A stretch of 64,000 nucleotides of DNA from Acidobacteriota bacterium (GTDB lineage: Bacteria > Acidobacteriota > Polarisedimenticolia > JACPZX01): NCBI GenBank assembly GCA_016195325.1, contig JACPZX010000019.1:8628-72627 (forward strand), read 5' to 3'. The notes beneath the pieces were generated by a model. That model was not told where the DNA came from and searched no databases. It was given only the letters and a program-made list of their open reading frames with translations. Each line of letters begins with the position of its first letter. Within the stretch, counting starts at the first letter, position 1. A program made the translations under genes and the position numbers. Below, piece by piece: positions 26,918 to 34,966 of the stretch.

Positions 26918-26960
26918 GCGCCAGAAGGTGCCCGCACGAGATCGTCGACCCTTCTCCCCC

Positions 26961-26989
26961 TTGACACCCCATCTCCCCCGTCGTGTGAT
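26961..26989 (+). promoter_or_regulatory. candidate promoter TTGACA-17-TGTGAT upstream of the oxidoreductase gene
   Basis: Perfect -35 at 26961-66 and a weak -10 at 26984-89, 27 nt before TTG 27016 (RBS GGGAGG at 27001). Confidence 0.3.
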
Positions 26990-27015
26990 CTCCCCATCAC
27001 GGGAGGCGCACCACG

Positions 27016-27930
27016 TTGCGTTACGAAGTCATCGTCGTCGGAGGGAGCTTCGCGGGGCTGTCCGCCGCCATGCAGCTCGCGCGGGCGCGGAGGCGCGTCC
27101 TGGTCCTCGACGCAGGATCGCCGCGCAACCGGTTCGCGAGGCTGGCCTACGGCATCTTCGGACACGACGGGCTCGCCCCCGCGGTCATCCTGGCGAACGC
27201 GCGGACGCAGCTCCTCAACTACAGCACCGCGACGATGGCCGACGACCCGGCAACCCATGCGGCCGGGGCCCGCGGGGAATTCGCCGTCACGACGGCCGGC
27301 GGCGCCGCGCACACCGCCTCGCGTCTGGTTCTCGCCACCGGCGTGAGCGACGATCTCTCGACGATCCCGGGGATGGAGACGCGCTGGGGTGTCAGCGTGC
27401 TCCACTGCTTCTACTGCCACGGGTATGAGGTGGCGGAGAGGCGGCTCGGCGTGCTGGCGACCAACGAGCGGGCCCTGCAGACGGCGATGCTCCTCCCGGA
27501 CTGGAGCGACCACGTGACTCTCTTCACCCACGGCGCGCTCGCGCTGAGCGGAGAGCAGATGGACGGGCTCCGCGCGCGCGGCGTCGCCGTCGAGGCGTCG
27601 CCGGTGGTCGCCCTGCTCGGCGACGCGCCCGCGCTCACCGGGCTCCGGCTGGCGGACGGCCGCGTCGCGCCGCTCGACGCCCTCTTCACCAGCCCGCATG
27701 TTCGCATGGCCAGCCCGCTCGCCGAGCAGCTCGGCTGCGAGTTCGAGCAAGGTCCGTCCGGCCCTTTCATCCGCACCGGCGCCGACAAGCAGACCACCGT
27801 GCCGGGCGTCTACGCCGCGGGAGACGCCGCCCGTCCGGGACACAACGCCTCGTGGGCCGCCGCGGACGGCGTGACGGCGGGAATCTCCGCCCACCAGTCG
27901 CTCACTCTCGCCCGGGCCGCGTGCCGCTGA
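27016..27930 (+). CDS. NAD(P)/FAD-dependent oxidoreductase (thioredoxin-reductase-like)
   Basis: TTG start with GGGAGG upstream. YEVIVVGGSFAGLSAAMQLARA dinucleotide motif. A second Rossmann motif around RLGVLA. GVYAAGDAA C-terminal FAD motif. Confidence 0.8.
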   Translation: MRYEVIVVGGSFAGLSAAMQLARARRRVLVLDAGSPRNRFARLAYGIFGHDGLAPAVILANARTQLLNYSTATMADDPATHAAGARGEFAVTTAGGAAHTASRLVLATGVSDDLSTIPGMETRWGVSVLHCFYCHGYEVAERRLGVLATNERALQTAMLLPDWSDHVTLFTHGALALSGEQMDGLRARGVAVEASPVVALLGDAPALTGLRLADGRVAPLDALFTSPHVRMASPLAEQLGCEFEQGPSGPFIRTGADKQTTVPGVYAAGDAARPGHNASWAAADGVTAGISAHQSLTLARAACR

Positions 27931-28000
27931 GGTCCGACCCACACCACGCGCCTGTGTCCACTCGCCTGGTAAAGGCAGGTTATCCGGATATACTTCCCTC

Positions 28001-29170
28001 ATGGGCAAGATTATCCGACGCCTCCTCGAGCTCCCCGACACGGCCAGGCACTCCGTGTTCCTCTGGGGTCCCCGGCGCGCCGGGAAGTCGTGGTGGATCC
28101 GGGAGAACCTCCCCGAGGCTCCGCGGATCGACCTCCTCCAGACCGACGTCTACACCGAGTATGCGAGCCGCCCCTCCCTCCTTCGGGAGAGGTACGCCGC
28201 GAGACTTTCGGGACCGCGCCGCCCCATCGTGATCGACGAAGTCCAGAAGCTCCCCATCCTCCTGGACGAAGTCCACTGGCTGATCGAGAACGCGAAGCGG
28301 ACCTTCGTCCTCACCGGGTCGAGCGCGCGGAAGCTCCGGCGCGGCCACGCGAACCTCCTCGCCGGCCGCGCGCGGCGCCGCGAGATGCCCCCCCTCTGCT
28401 TCCCCGAAGTGGATCGCTACGATCCCGAGCGGCTCGCCGTGAGCGGCCTCCTCCCCCCGCACTACCTTTCGGATGATCCCCTCGACGACATCCGCTCCTA
28501 CGTCAACGACTACCTGAAGGAGGAGATCGTCGCCGAGGGGGTGGCCGTCAGCCTCCCCGCCTTCAGCGATTTCCTCCGGGTCGCCGCCATCACGAGCAGC
28601 GAGCTGCTGAACTACACGAACGTCGCCCGCGAGGTCGGCGTCTCGGCGAAGATCGTCCGCGGCTACTTCGATCTCCTCGAGGACACGCTCCTGGGGTTCC
28701 GCGTCGCCCCGTGGACGAAGAGTCGCAACCGGCGGCTCATCCTCACGCCGAAGTTCTACCTCTTCGACGCCGGAGTCGCGAACTTCCTGGCCCGCCGCCG
28801 TCCCGAGCCCGGCACCCCGGAGTTCGGCAAGACGATCGAGCACCTCGTCCTGATGGAGCTGATGGCCTGGCGGGCCTACCGCGACCCCGACATGGAGATC
28901 CGGTACTGGCGCGCCAGCACCGGACAGGAGATCGACTTCCTCGTGAACGACCGCGAGGTGGCGATCGACGTCAAGGCCTCCGCCCGAGTGCCGGACCACG
29001 CGCTGCGATCGCTCGGCGTGCTCGCCGAGGACGGTCCCGTGCGCCGCCGGATCGTGGTCTGCCTCGAGCGCCAGCCCCGCGTCGTCGCGGACCGCCGCGG
29101 TGAGATCGCGGTCCTCCCCCTCGCCGTCTTTCTGGAGAGACTCTGGGGCGGGACGATCGTGGCGGGTTGA
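28001..29170 (+). CDS. AAA-family ATPase with DUF4143 C-terminal domain
   Basis: Walker A is LWGPRRAGKSWW and Walker B is PIVIDEVQKLP. The downstream VAPWTKS..KFYLFDAGV pattern is typical of DUF4143 ATPases. There is a paralog at 52912. Confidence 0.8.
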   Translation: MGKIIRRLLELPDTARHSVFLWGPRRAGKSWWIRENLPEAPRIDLLQTDVYTEYASRPSLLRERYAARLSGPRRPIVIDEVQKLPILLDEVHWLIENAKRTFVLTGSSARKLRRGHANLLAGRARRREMPPLCFPEVDRYDPERLAVSGLLPPHYLSDDPLDDIRSYVNDYLKEEIVAEGVAVSLPAFSDFLRVAAITSSELLNYTNVAREVGVSAKIVRGYFDLLEDTLLGFRVAPWTKSRNRRLILTPKFYLFDAGVANFLARRRPEPGTPEFGKTIEHLVLMELMAWRAYRDPDMEIRYWRASTGQEIDFLVNDREVAIDVKASARVPDHALRSLGVLAEDGPVRRRIVVCLERQPRVVADRRGEIAVLPLAVFLERLWGGTIVAG

Positions 29171-29344
29171 CGTGCGGAGGAGCTTGACGCCCCGCGGCTC
29201 GTCCCGATTCCGGGACCCCCCGGTGTCACGCCCGAACACACCACCCCCCGCGTCGAGACTCCCGACCGAACCATTAATCCTTCCCGTCCAGCGAGATGGC
29301 TCCAGGCGACAAGCTCTGGCTCGAAGCATGCACTCCCCCCCGAC

Positions 29345-31780
29345 ATGCTGATCGAACGACTCGCCGCCATCCTCGACGACCTCCGGCTCGCCATCCGGTC
29401 GCTCGCCCGCACCCCTGGCTTCGTCCTCATCGCCGTCCTGACGCTGGGGCTCGGCATCGGCGCGAACACCGCGGCGTTCAGCGTTCTCAACGAGATTTTC
29501 TTCCGCCCACTCCCCTACGCCGACACCGGACGGCTCGACCGCATCTATCGCGTCACACCCGAGAACACCCGCGGCGGCATCTCCCCGGCCGATTACCTCG
29601 AGCTGAAGACCGAGACGAAGCGCTACGGAGAGATCGCCGCCTACGCCTTCTCGAACATGAGCCTCGCAGCCCCCGGAGAGCCCGCCGACATGGCCCAGGG
29701 CCTTCGCATCTCGGCCGAGTTCCTCACCACGCTTCAGGTGAAAGCCCGGCTCGGCCGCGACTTCCGCCCCGAAGAGGTCGCGGGCAACCACCACGTCGTC
29801 CTCATCAGCCATCGCTCCTGGCAGAACCGGTTCGCGGGAGACGCCGGCATCATCGGCCGCATCGTCCGCGTGGACGCGGAGCCCTGCGAGATCGTCGGCG
29901 TGCTCCCCGAATCGGTCGAGGACTGGCGCCATCTGGGGGCGATCGACCTGTACCGACCGCTTGCCTTCACCGAGAGCGACAAGACCGACCGCAACGCCAC
30001 ATGGATCCGTCTCGTCGGGCGACGCACCGGCACCCGCACGGACGCCGAAGGGTTCATCGCGGCCTTCGGCCGCCGCCTGGCGACGGAGTACCCCGCCGCC
30101 AATGCCGGGAGCACCTGGCGCACCCTCCCGATCAACGTCGCGGTGGCCCCGGACAAAGGCCCGGCGATCTTCGGGATGCTGATAGGCCTTTCGGTCTTCG
30201 TGCTGCTCATCGCCTGCTCGAATCTCGCGAACCTCCTGCTCGCGCGGACGATGGCGCGGGCTCGCGAGTTCGCGGTGCGATCCGCCCTCGGCGCCTCGCG
30301 CGCGAGGCTGCTGCGCCCGCTCTTCGCCGAGTCGCTGCTCCTGGCCCTCGCGGGCGGGGTCCTCGCCCTTCTCGTCACGATGTGGACCAACGACTGGATG
30401 TCGAGGATGGGCCAGGCGACCTTCAGCGGCGCGTTCCTGGTCGTCATCGACTGGCACGTGCTGGCGTGGACGTTTGGCGCGTGTCTGTTCACGGCCGTCG
30501 CCTTCGGCGTCGCCCCCGCGCTCTTCGCCATGAGGCTCGATCCGAACACGACGCTCAAGAGCGGAGGGCGCGGCGCCACCGGCGATCGCGGCCATCAGCG
30601 CTTCCGCAGCCTCCTCATCGTGGGCCAGTTCGCCCTCGCGATGGTCCTGCTCGCGGGGGCCGCCCTCTTCATGCGCGGCGTCCAGGAGGCGAACGACCGC
30701 CGCTTTGGCTGGGAATCCGACCGTCTCGTCAGCGGCACCACGCTCCTTCCGACGGCGACGTACAAGGGCGCCACGGAGATCACGGAGTTCCAGCGCCTCG
30801 CCCTGCAGCGTCTCGAGGCGCTGCCCGGCGTCTCGTCCGCCAGCATCTCCTACGTGATGCCCTTCCTCGGCCTGGCCGAGGCGCGGAAGTACCTCGTGGC
30901 CGGACGCGTGACGCCCGAGCCCGGCCGTGAGCCCGTCGCCGCCATCAACGGCGTCAGCCCGCACTACTTCGAGACCGTCGGCACGCGCGTGATCGAGGGG
31001 CGCGCCTTCGACGGGCGCGACCTCCTCGGTTCCCCGAAGGTCTTCCTGATCAACGAGGCGATGGCCCGGGGCCTCTTCCCCGGCGAGAGCCCGCTCGGCA
31101 AGCGCATCGCGCGGGCCGGCGTGAAGACGATCGAGTGGGGGGAGATCGTCGGCGTCGTCGGCAACGTCCAGTCGGTCATCCCGGATCAGGCCGCCATCGC
31201 CTTCCAGCTCTACCAGCCGATGGCCCAGGAGCCGCGCCCCGGCGGCGAGATCGCGGTTCGCACCGCAGGCGTCGCGCCTTCCGCGCTCGTCCCGAGCATC
31301 CGCACCACGATGGCGTCGCTCGACGCCGACCTGCCGATCCGCGATCTCCAGCCCGCCACGACGGCGATCGCGAAGGCGACCTACTCGTGGCAGGTCCTCG
31401 GCAGCATGCTCTCGTTCCTCGCCGTGGTCGGGCTCGCCCTGGCCTCCCTCGGCATGTACGGCGTCATCGCCCGCACGATGGCCCAGCGCACCAGCGAGTT
31501 CGGCATCCGCCTCGCGCTGGGAGCCCTCGCCTCGGACATCACCCGACTGGTTCTCGGCGCGGGGGCGAGGCTGGCGCTCGCCGGCTCATCGCTCGGCCTC
31601 GTCGGCGCCTTCGGCATCTCGCGGCTGCTCGCGTCGCTCTTCCCCGGCCTCATGACGAGCAGCGTCCCCGTGCTGAGCGGCGTGACGTTGCTGCTCATGG
31701 CGATCGCCCTTCTCGCCTGCTACATGCCCGCGCGGAACGCCTCGAGAATCAACCCCATCGAGACGCTTCGAGCGGAGTAG
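29345..31780 (+). CDS. ADOP-family duplicated FtsX/MacB-like ABC transporter permease
   Basis: 811 aa. DLRLAIRSLARTPGFVLIAVLTLGLGIGANTAAFSV N-terminus. Two MacB-PCD plus FtsX modules. IRLALGA and the C-terminal INPIETLRAE. Confidence 0.85.
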   Translation: MLIERLAAILDDLRLAIRSLARTPGFVLIAVLTLGLGIGANTAAFSVLNEIFFRPLPYADTGRLDRIYRVTPENTRGGISPADYLELKTETKRYGEIAAYAFSNMSLAAPGEPADMAQGLRISAEFLTTLQVKARLGRDFRPEEVAGNHHVVLISHRSWQNRFAGDAGIIGRIVRVDAEPCEIVGVLPESVEDWRHLGAIDLYRPLAFTESDKTDRNATWIRLVGRRTGTRTDAEGFIAAFGRRLATEYPAANAGSTWRTLPINVAVAPDKGPAIFGMLIGLSVFVLLIACSNLANLLLARTMARAREFAVRSALGASRARLLRPLFAESLLLALAGGVLALLVTMWTNDWMSRMGQATFSGAFLVVIDWHVLAWTFGACLFTAVAFGVAPALFAMRLDPNTTLKSGGRGATGDRGHQRFRSLLIVGQFALAMVLLAGAALFMRGVQEANDRRFGWESDRLVSGTTLLPTATYKGATEITEFQRLALQRLEALPGVSSASISYVMPFLGLAEARKYLVAGRVTPEPGREPVAAINGVSPHYFETVGTRVIEGRAFDGRDLLGSPKVFLINEAMARGLFPGESPLGKRIARAGVKTIEWGEIVGVVGNVQSVIPDQAAIAFQLYQPMAQEPRPGGEIAVRTAGVAPSALVPSIRTTMASLDADLPIRDLQPATTAIAKATYSWQVLGSMLSFLAVVGLALASLGMYGVIARTMAQRTSEFGIRLALGALASDITRLVLGAGARLALAGSSLGLVGAFGISRLLASLFPGLMTSSVPVLSGVTLLLMAIALLACYMPARNASRINPIETLRAE

Positions 31781-31835
31781 AATCGCCCCGGCGCACGTCG
31801 TGCTGCGGAATGAGGCGTGACGCGAGGAGGGGCGG

Positions 31836-32567
31836 ATGAGCGACCCGACATGCGATTGTTTTCTCGCGCCGGACAAGAAGTGGCGTGAGGTCGAGTTTCA
31901 CGCCGAGCTCCAGGACACTCAATGCGACGCCTGGAGACGCCTGGAAGGAATGATCGAGGAGGCGGCGCTCGACGGGCGGGCGGAGTTTGCGCCGATGCAG
32001 AAGATGACCGGGGAGGACGTGGAGCGAATCATCACCCTTCCACGATCCATCCGGAAGCTTCGATCCGTCAAACACCTCGTGCTGTATGACACCTTCCTCG
32101 TCCGGGTTCCGAGAGAGATCGGGGAGATGTCGAGCCTCGAGAAGTTCACCCCGTACACCTCGTGGCGCCTTCACTGGCTCCCGTACGAGATCACCCGTTG
32201 CCGGAACCTCGTCGACAGCACGGTCAGCACGCGCTGTCTCTACGGCAACTTCAAGTACAGGCCGCCATTCCCCGCGCTTCCGGTGTCCACCGAGCGACGG
32301 GCCGCGATCACCGACCGGAACCTCCGCATGGGCTCGGAGACGACCGTCGCCTGCAGCGTGTGCGACGGACCGTGCACGGGACCCGTCCGGCAGGCGTGGA
32401 TCTCTCTGCTCGTCGCGACGGATGTGCTGCCTCTGCTCGTGAACGCGTGCTCCCGGCGGTGCCTCGACGCCCTCCCCGCACCCCCGCCTTACTACCTGCA
32501 GCGCCCCCACAGGGGAGGGTTGGGTCTCGAACAACCCGTACCGGAACAAGTGGGCCGAACCCTTTGA
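31836..32567 (+). CDS. hypothetical Cys-rich protein with leucine-rich-repeat-like segment
   Basis: LPRSIRKLRSVKHLVLYDTFLVRVPREIGEMSSLEKF fits LxxLxLxx-L--PxxIGxLxxL. CDC at the N-terminus and a CSVCDGPC..CSRRC cluster at the C-terminus. GC is lower than in the surroundings. Confidence 0.5.
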   Translation: MSDPTCDCFLAPDKKWREVEFHAELQDTQCDAWRRLEGMIEEAALDGRAEFAPMQKMTGEDVERIITLPRSIRKLRSVKHLVLYDTFLVRVPREIGEMSSLEKFTPYTSWRLHWLPYEITRCRNLVDSTVSTRCLYGNFKYRPPFPALPVSTERRAAITDRNLRMGSETTVACSVCDGPCTGPVRQAWISLLVATDVLPLLVNACSRRCLDALPAPPPYYLQRPHRGGLGLEQPVPEQVGRTL

Positions 32568-33316
32568 GTGGCGGCATCGTCCGTCACGAGCTGCCCGGGT
32601 CGGTGTCACGGCTCGTCGTGCTGGGCGACCCTCACGGCGCGCTCGAGGCCACCCGGGCCGTTCTCGAGAAGGAGATGGACGGTCGAACGCTGGCCGGCTG
32701 TGTCGGAGACGTCGTGGGATACGCCGACGGGCCTTCGAGCTCCGCGCTGGCCGAGTTCCTCCGGGACCAACAGGTCCCGACCGTCGAGGGGAACCACGAG
32801 GCATGGGTTGGACCCGATGGATCACTCTCCATCGTGGAGGGTCGCGTCTCCAGCCGGCAGCTCACTCCTGCGACGCTCGAGTGGATTCGGTCCCTTCCAT
32901 CGACGATCGAGTTCGGACGCGCGGCGCAGACCGCCCCCCTCGCCGTCATGGTGCACTCCATTCGTGAGCCTCGCTGGGATTGGATCGACGCCTCCAACGC
33001 GGGCGGCCTGGTCGACCGGCTCGGGCGCCCTCGGGTCGTCGTGAGCGGCCACAGCCATCGCCCGAGGTTCATCGTCGTGACCGCGGGAGGCGGCTCGCGC
33101 GTCGAGCCATTCGATTTCGAGGCCGACGCGGAGATCTCGATCGACCTGCCCGCGGTCGGATCCGTCCTCGTCGATTCCGGAAGCCTGGGCCGTGCCGAGC
33201 GGGATCCGGCCATCCCTGGCGGCCGCAGGACGACCGGTCGGGCTCGGTACGGCACCTACGCGATCGTCGATTTCGAGCGACAGGTCGCGATCCTCCGTCG
33301 CCACGGTCACGGGTAG
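32564..33316 (+). CDS. metallophosphoesterase (calcineurin-like, YfcE/MJ0936-type)
   Basis: 3' part of ORF 32162..33316. LVVLGDPHG, VGDVVGYA, EGNHE, VMVHS and VVVSGHSHRP are the metallophosphatase motifs. The likely start is TTG 32564, overlapping the upstream stop (TTGA). Confidence 0.7.
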   Translation: MSGGIVRHELPGSVSRLVVLGDPHGALEATRAVLEKEMDGRTLAGCVGDVVGYADGPSSSALAEFLRDQQVPTVEGNHEAWVGPDGSLSIVEGRVSSRQLTPATLEWIRSLPSTIEFGRAAQTAPLAVMVHSIREPRWDWIDASNAGGLVDRLGRPRVVVSGHSHRPRFIVVTAGGGSRVEPFDFEADAEISIDLPAVGSVLVDSGSLGRAERDPAIPGGRRTTGRARYGTYAIVDFERQVAILRRHGHG

Positions 33317-33358
33317 ACGGCCGCGGACTGCAGGCCGGGCTTCCCGTCCGCACGTTTC

Positions 33359-33400
33359 CCAAACTAGAAAACAGCCGACGTCCAAACTAGCATTCAGCCG
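33359..33400 (+). promoter_or_regulatory. two 19-bp direct repeats CCAAACTAG-N5-CAGCCG (23-bp period)
   Basis: 33359-33377 is CCAAACTAGAAAACAGCCG and 33382-33400 is CCAAACTAGCATTCAGCCG. They form a locally AT-rich patch 70 nt upstream of GTG 33470. Function unknown. Confidence 0.4.
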
Positions 33401-33469
33401 TCGCAGCGCATCCTTCGAATTCCTCGACAGAGCACCCCTACCCCTGAGTTCAACGACGACGAGTTCGAC

Positions 33470-33652
33470 GTGACACGCGCCAAAGGGCTGAGGGAGAGGA
33501 TTCAGGCCTTCCGCGCGAAGTACTCGGGAATCATGTCGCGGCTCGAGGCGACGGCGACGGAGCCCTCGAGCGGAAAACCGATCCGGATGCTCGGCATGAA
33601 CACGAGCCGCTTCAGGGACGGAAAGATCGCGTCGCGTGGAGGGCGCGCGTGA
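33470..33652 (+). CDS. small hypothetical protein (60 aa)
   Basis: GTG start, high GC3 (about 85 percent by hand count). The stop overlaps the next start (GTGA). No family recognised. Confidence 0.3.
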   Translation: MTRAKGLRERIQAFRAKYSGIMSRLEATATEPSSGKPIRMLGMNTSRFRDGKIASRGGRA

Positions 33653-34212
33653 AGGTGGCGCTCGGGTTCAAGGCCCACTCGGGGTGGGCGGCCCTGGTCG
33701 TCGTCGGCCGCACGGGCGGCGACGTCGTGGTCGTCGATCGGCGGCGCGTCGAGCTCGTCGAAGAGGCGTGGGCGAAGCAGCCGTACCACGCGGCGGAGAA
33801 TCTCCCGGCGAAGGGGGCGCGGGAGACCGTGACTCGCGGCATCGAGGCGGCGCACCGGATCGCGCTCCGCGAGATGCGCGCGGCGGTGACGCGGGAGAGC
33901 GAGCGCGGCCACGTGGTCGCGGCCTGCGCCGTCGTCGCCGGCAACCCGATGCCCGGCTGGAGCGTCGAGGAGATCCTCGCGGTGCACTTCCGGATGCACA
34001 AGGCCGAGGGGGCGCTCTTCCGGGACGCCCTGGCCCGCGCCGCCGAGGGGTGCGGCCTGAAGCTGGCCGAGGTCCCGGAGAAACAACTCGTGGCTCACGC
34101 CGGGAAGGCGATCCCGAAGCCCGCCGGTCCGCCGTGGGGGAAGGACCAGAAGGACGCGGCGCTCGCGGCGCGGATCGCGCTCGAGGGGGCACGGTTGGCA
34201 ACGCCTGAATGA
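33649..34212 (+). CDS. hypothetical protein (187 aa)
   Basis: GTG start. KVALGFKAHSGWAALVVVGRTGGDVVVVD looks like the three-strand N-terminus of an RNase-H-like/ASKHA fold but lacks the usual Asp. The rest is helical. No family recognised. Confidence 0.5.
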   Translation: MKVALGFKAHSGWAALVVVGRTGGDVVVVDRRRVELVEEAWAKQPYHAAENLPAKGARETVTRGIEAAHRIALREMRAAVTRESERGHVVAACAVVAGNPMPGWSVEEILAVHFRMHKAEGALFRDALARAAEGCGLKLAEVPEKQLVAHAGKAIPKPAGPPWGKDQKDAALAARIALEGARLATPE

Positions 34213-34305
34213 AAACCCGGACGATTATCAGGAAGGCCCAGATCGCGAATCATGTGGTACGCTCGCCTGCGGCGACCGTGGAGAGGACCCCATTGCGGAG
34301 GTGAG

Positions 34306-34878
34306 ATGGCCAACCGGATGATGGGAACTGTCACCGCATGTTTGAGCGCCGCCGTCCTGGCGGCAGCCGCCGGCTACGTCTTTGGCGTGAAACAAACTGT
34401 CCAGCAATCCACGCCCTCCGTCGTGCCGAATGAGCTGAAGGTGCCGCCGTTGACCGGACCGACTGGGCCGACCGGGCCATCTTCGAACTGCTCCGGGCAG
34501 TCGCCTCACCCAGTCACCGGAATGGGGCTCCCGGGATTCAAACTCCAATTGGATGGAGTGTCGGCGCCAGACCCGTTCAAGCCCAGTTTCAACCCGGTGA
34601 AGCTCCAACTGCATCACGTACTCAATGTGGCGAACGAGAGCGGCACGACGGTGGCAGTCTCCAAGGTGGGACTCTGGGTGGGCGTCACCAACGGCTTCGT
34701 CGAAAGCGATAGCACAAATGCGGGTTGCGGTTATCCGATGCTCACTCAGCCCACGTGCTCGTCGGTGGCGAACGGCGGGAGCTGCGATATCGGTTTCACC
34801 GGGACCGGTGCACCGACGACGGGTTTCATCGAAGTCATCACGAGCTCGGGCGTGATCATCGTGGCGCTCCAGTTCTAG
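34306..34878 (+). CDS. membrane-anchored or secreted hypothetical protein
   Basis: From ATG 34306 (GGAGGTGAG upstream). TM anchor GTVTACLSAAVLAAAAGYVFGV, a GPTGPTGP linker, and a Cys-containing beta-rich C-terminal domain. Confidence 0.5.
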   Translation: MANRMMGTVTACLSAAVLAAAAGYVFGVKQTVQQSTPSVVPNELKVPPLTGPTGPTGPSSNCSGQSPHPVTGMGLPGFKLQLDGVSAPDPFKPSFNPVKLQLHHVLNVANESGTTVAVSKVGLWVGVTNGFVESDSTNAGCGYPMLTQPTCSSVANGGSCDIGFTGTGAPTTGFIEVITSSGVIIVALQF

Positions 34879-34966
34879 CGGAGTCGACGCGCTCCGCGCG
34901 CGGGCTCATGTCGCGAGCAGCCGGAGGTTGACACGCCCCCCCGCCCCGGCTCAGACTCGGCCCCAC

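Noticed and set aside
27980-30964. The 994-aa minus-strand ORF antisense to the DUF4143 ATPase and ADOP permease genes. Similar giants occur at 39474..42071 (-), 50761..52884 (-), 8910..11609 (+) and 12759..14408 (-).
   Set aside because: All have Arg/Glu/Gly/Asp/Pro-dominated composition without recognisable motifs. Each lies opposite a gene with clear family signatures. They are GC-driven open frames, not genes.
33502-34098. The 198-aa minus-strand ORF opposite the 33649..34212 gene.
   Set aside because: Its composition is Arg/Pro/Asp/His-rich and shadow-like, and it has no RBS. The plus-strand frame has balanced composition and start/stop coupling with the upstream small ORF.
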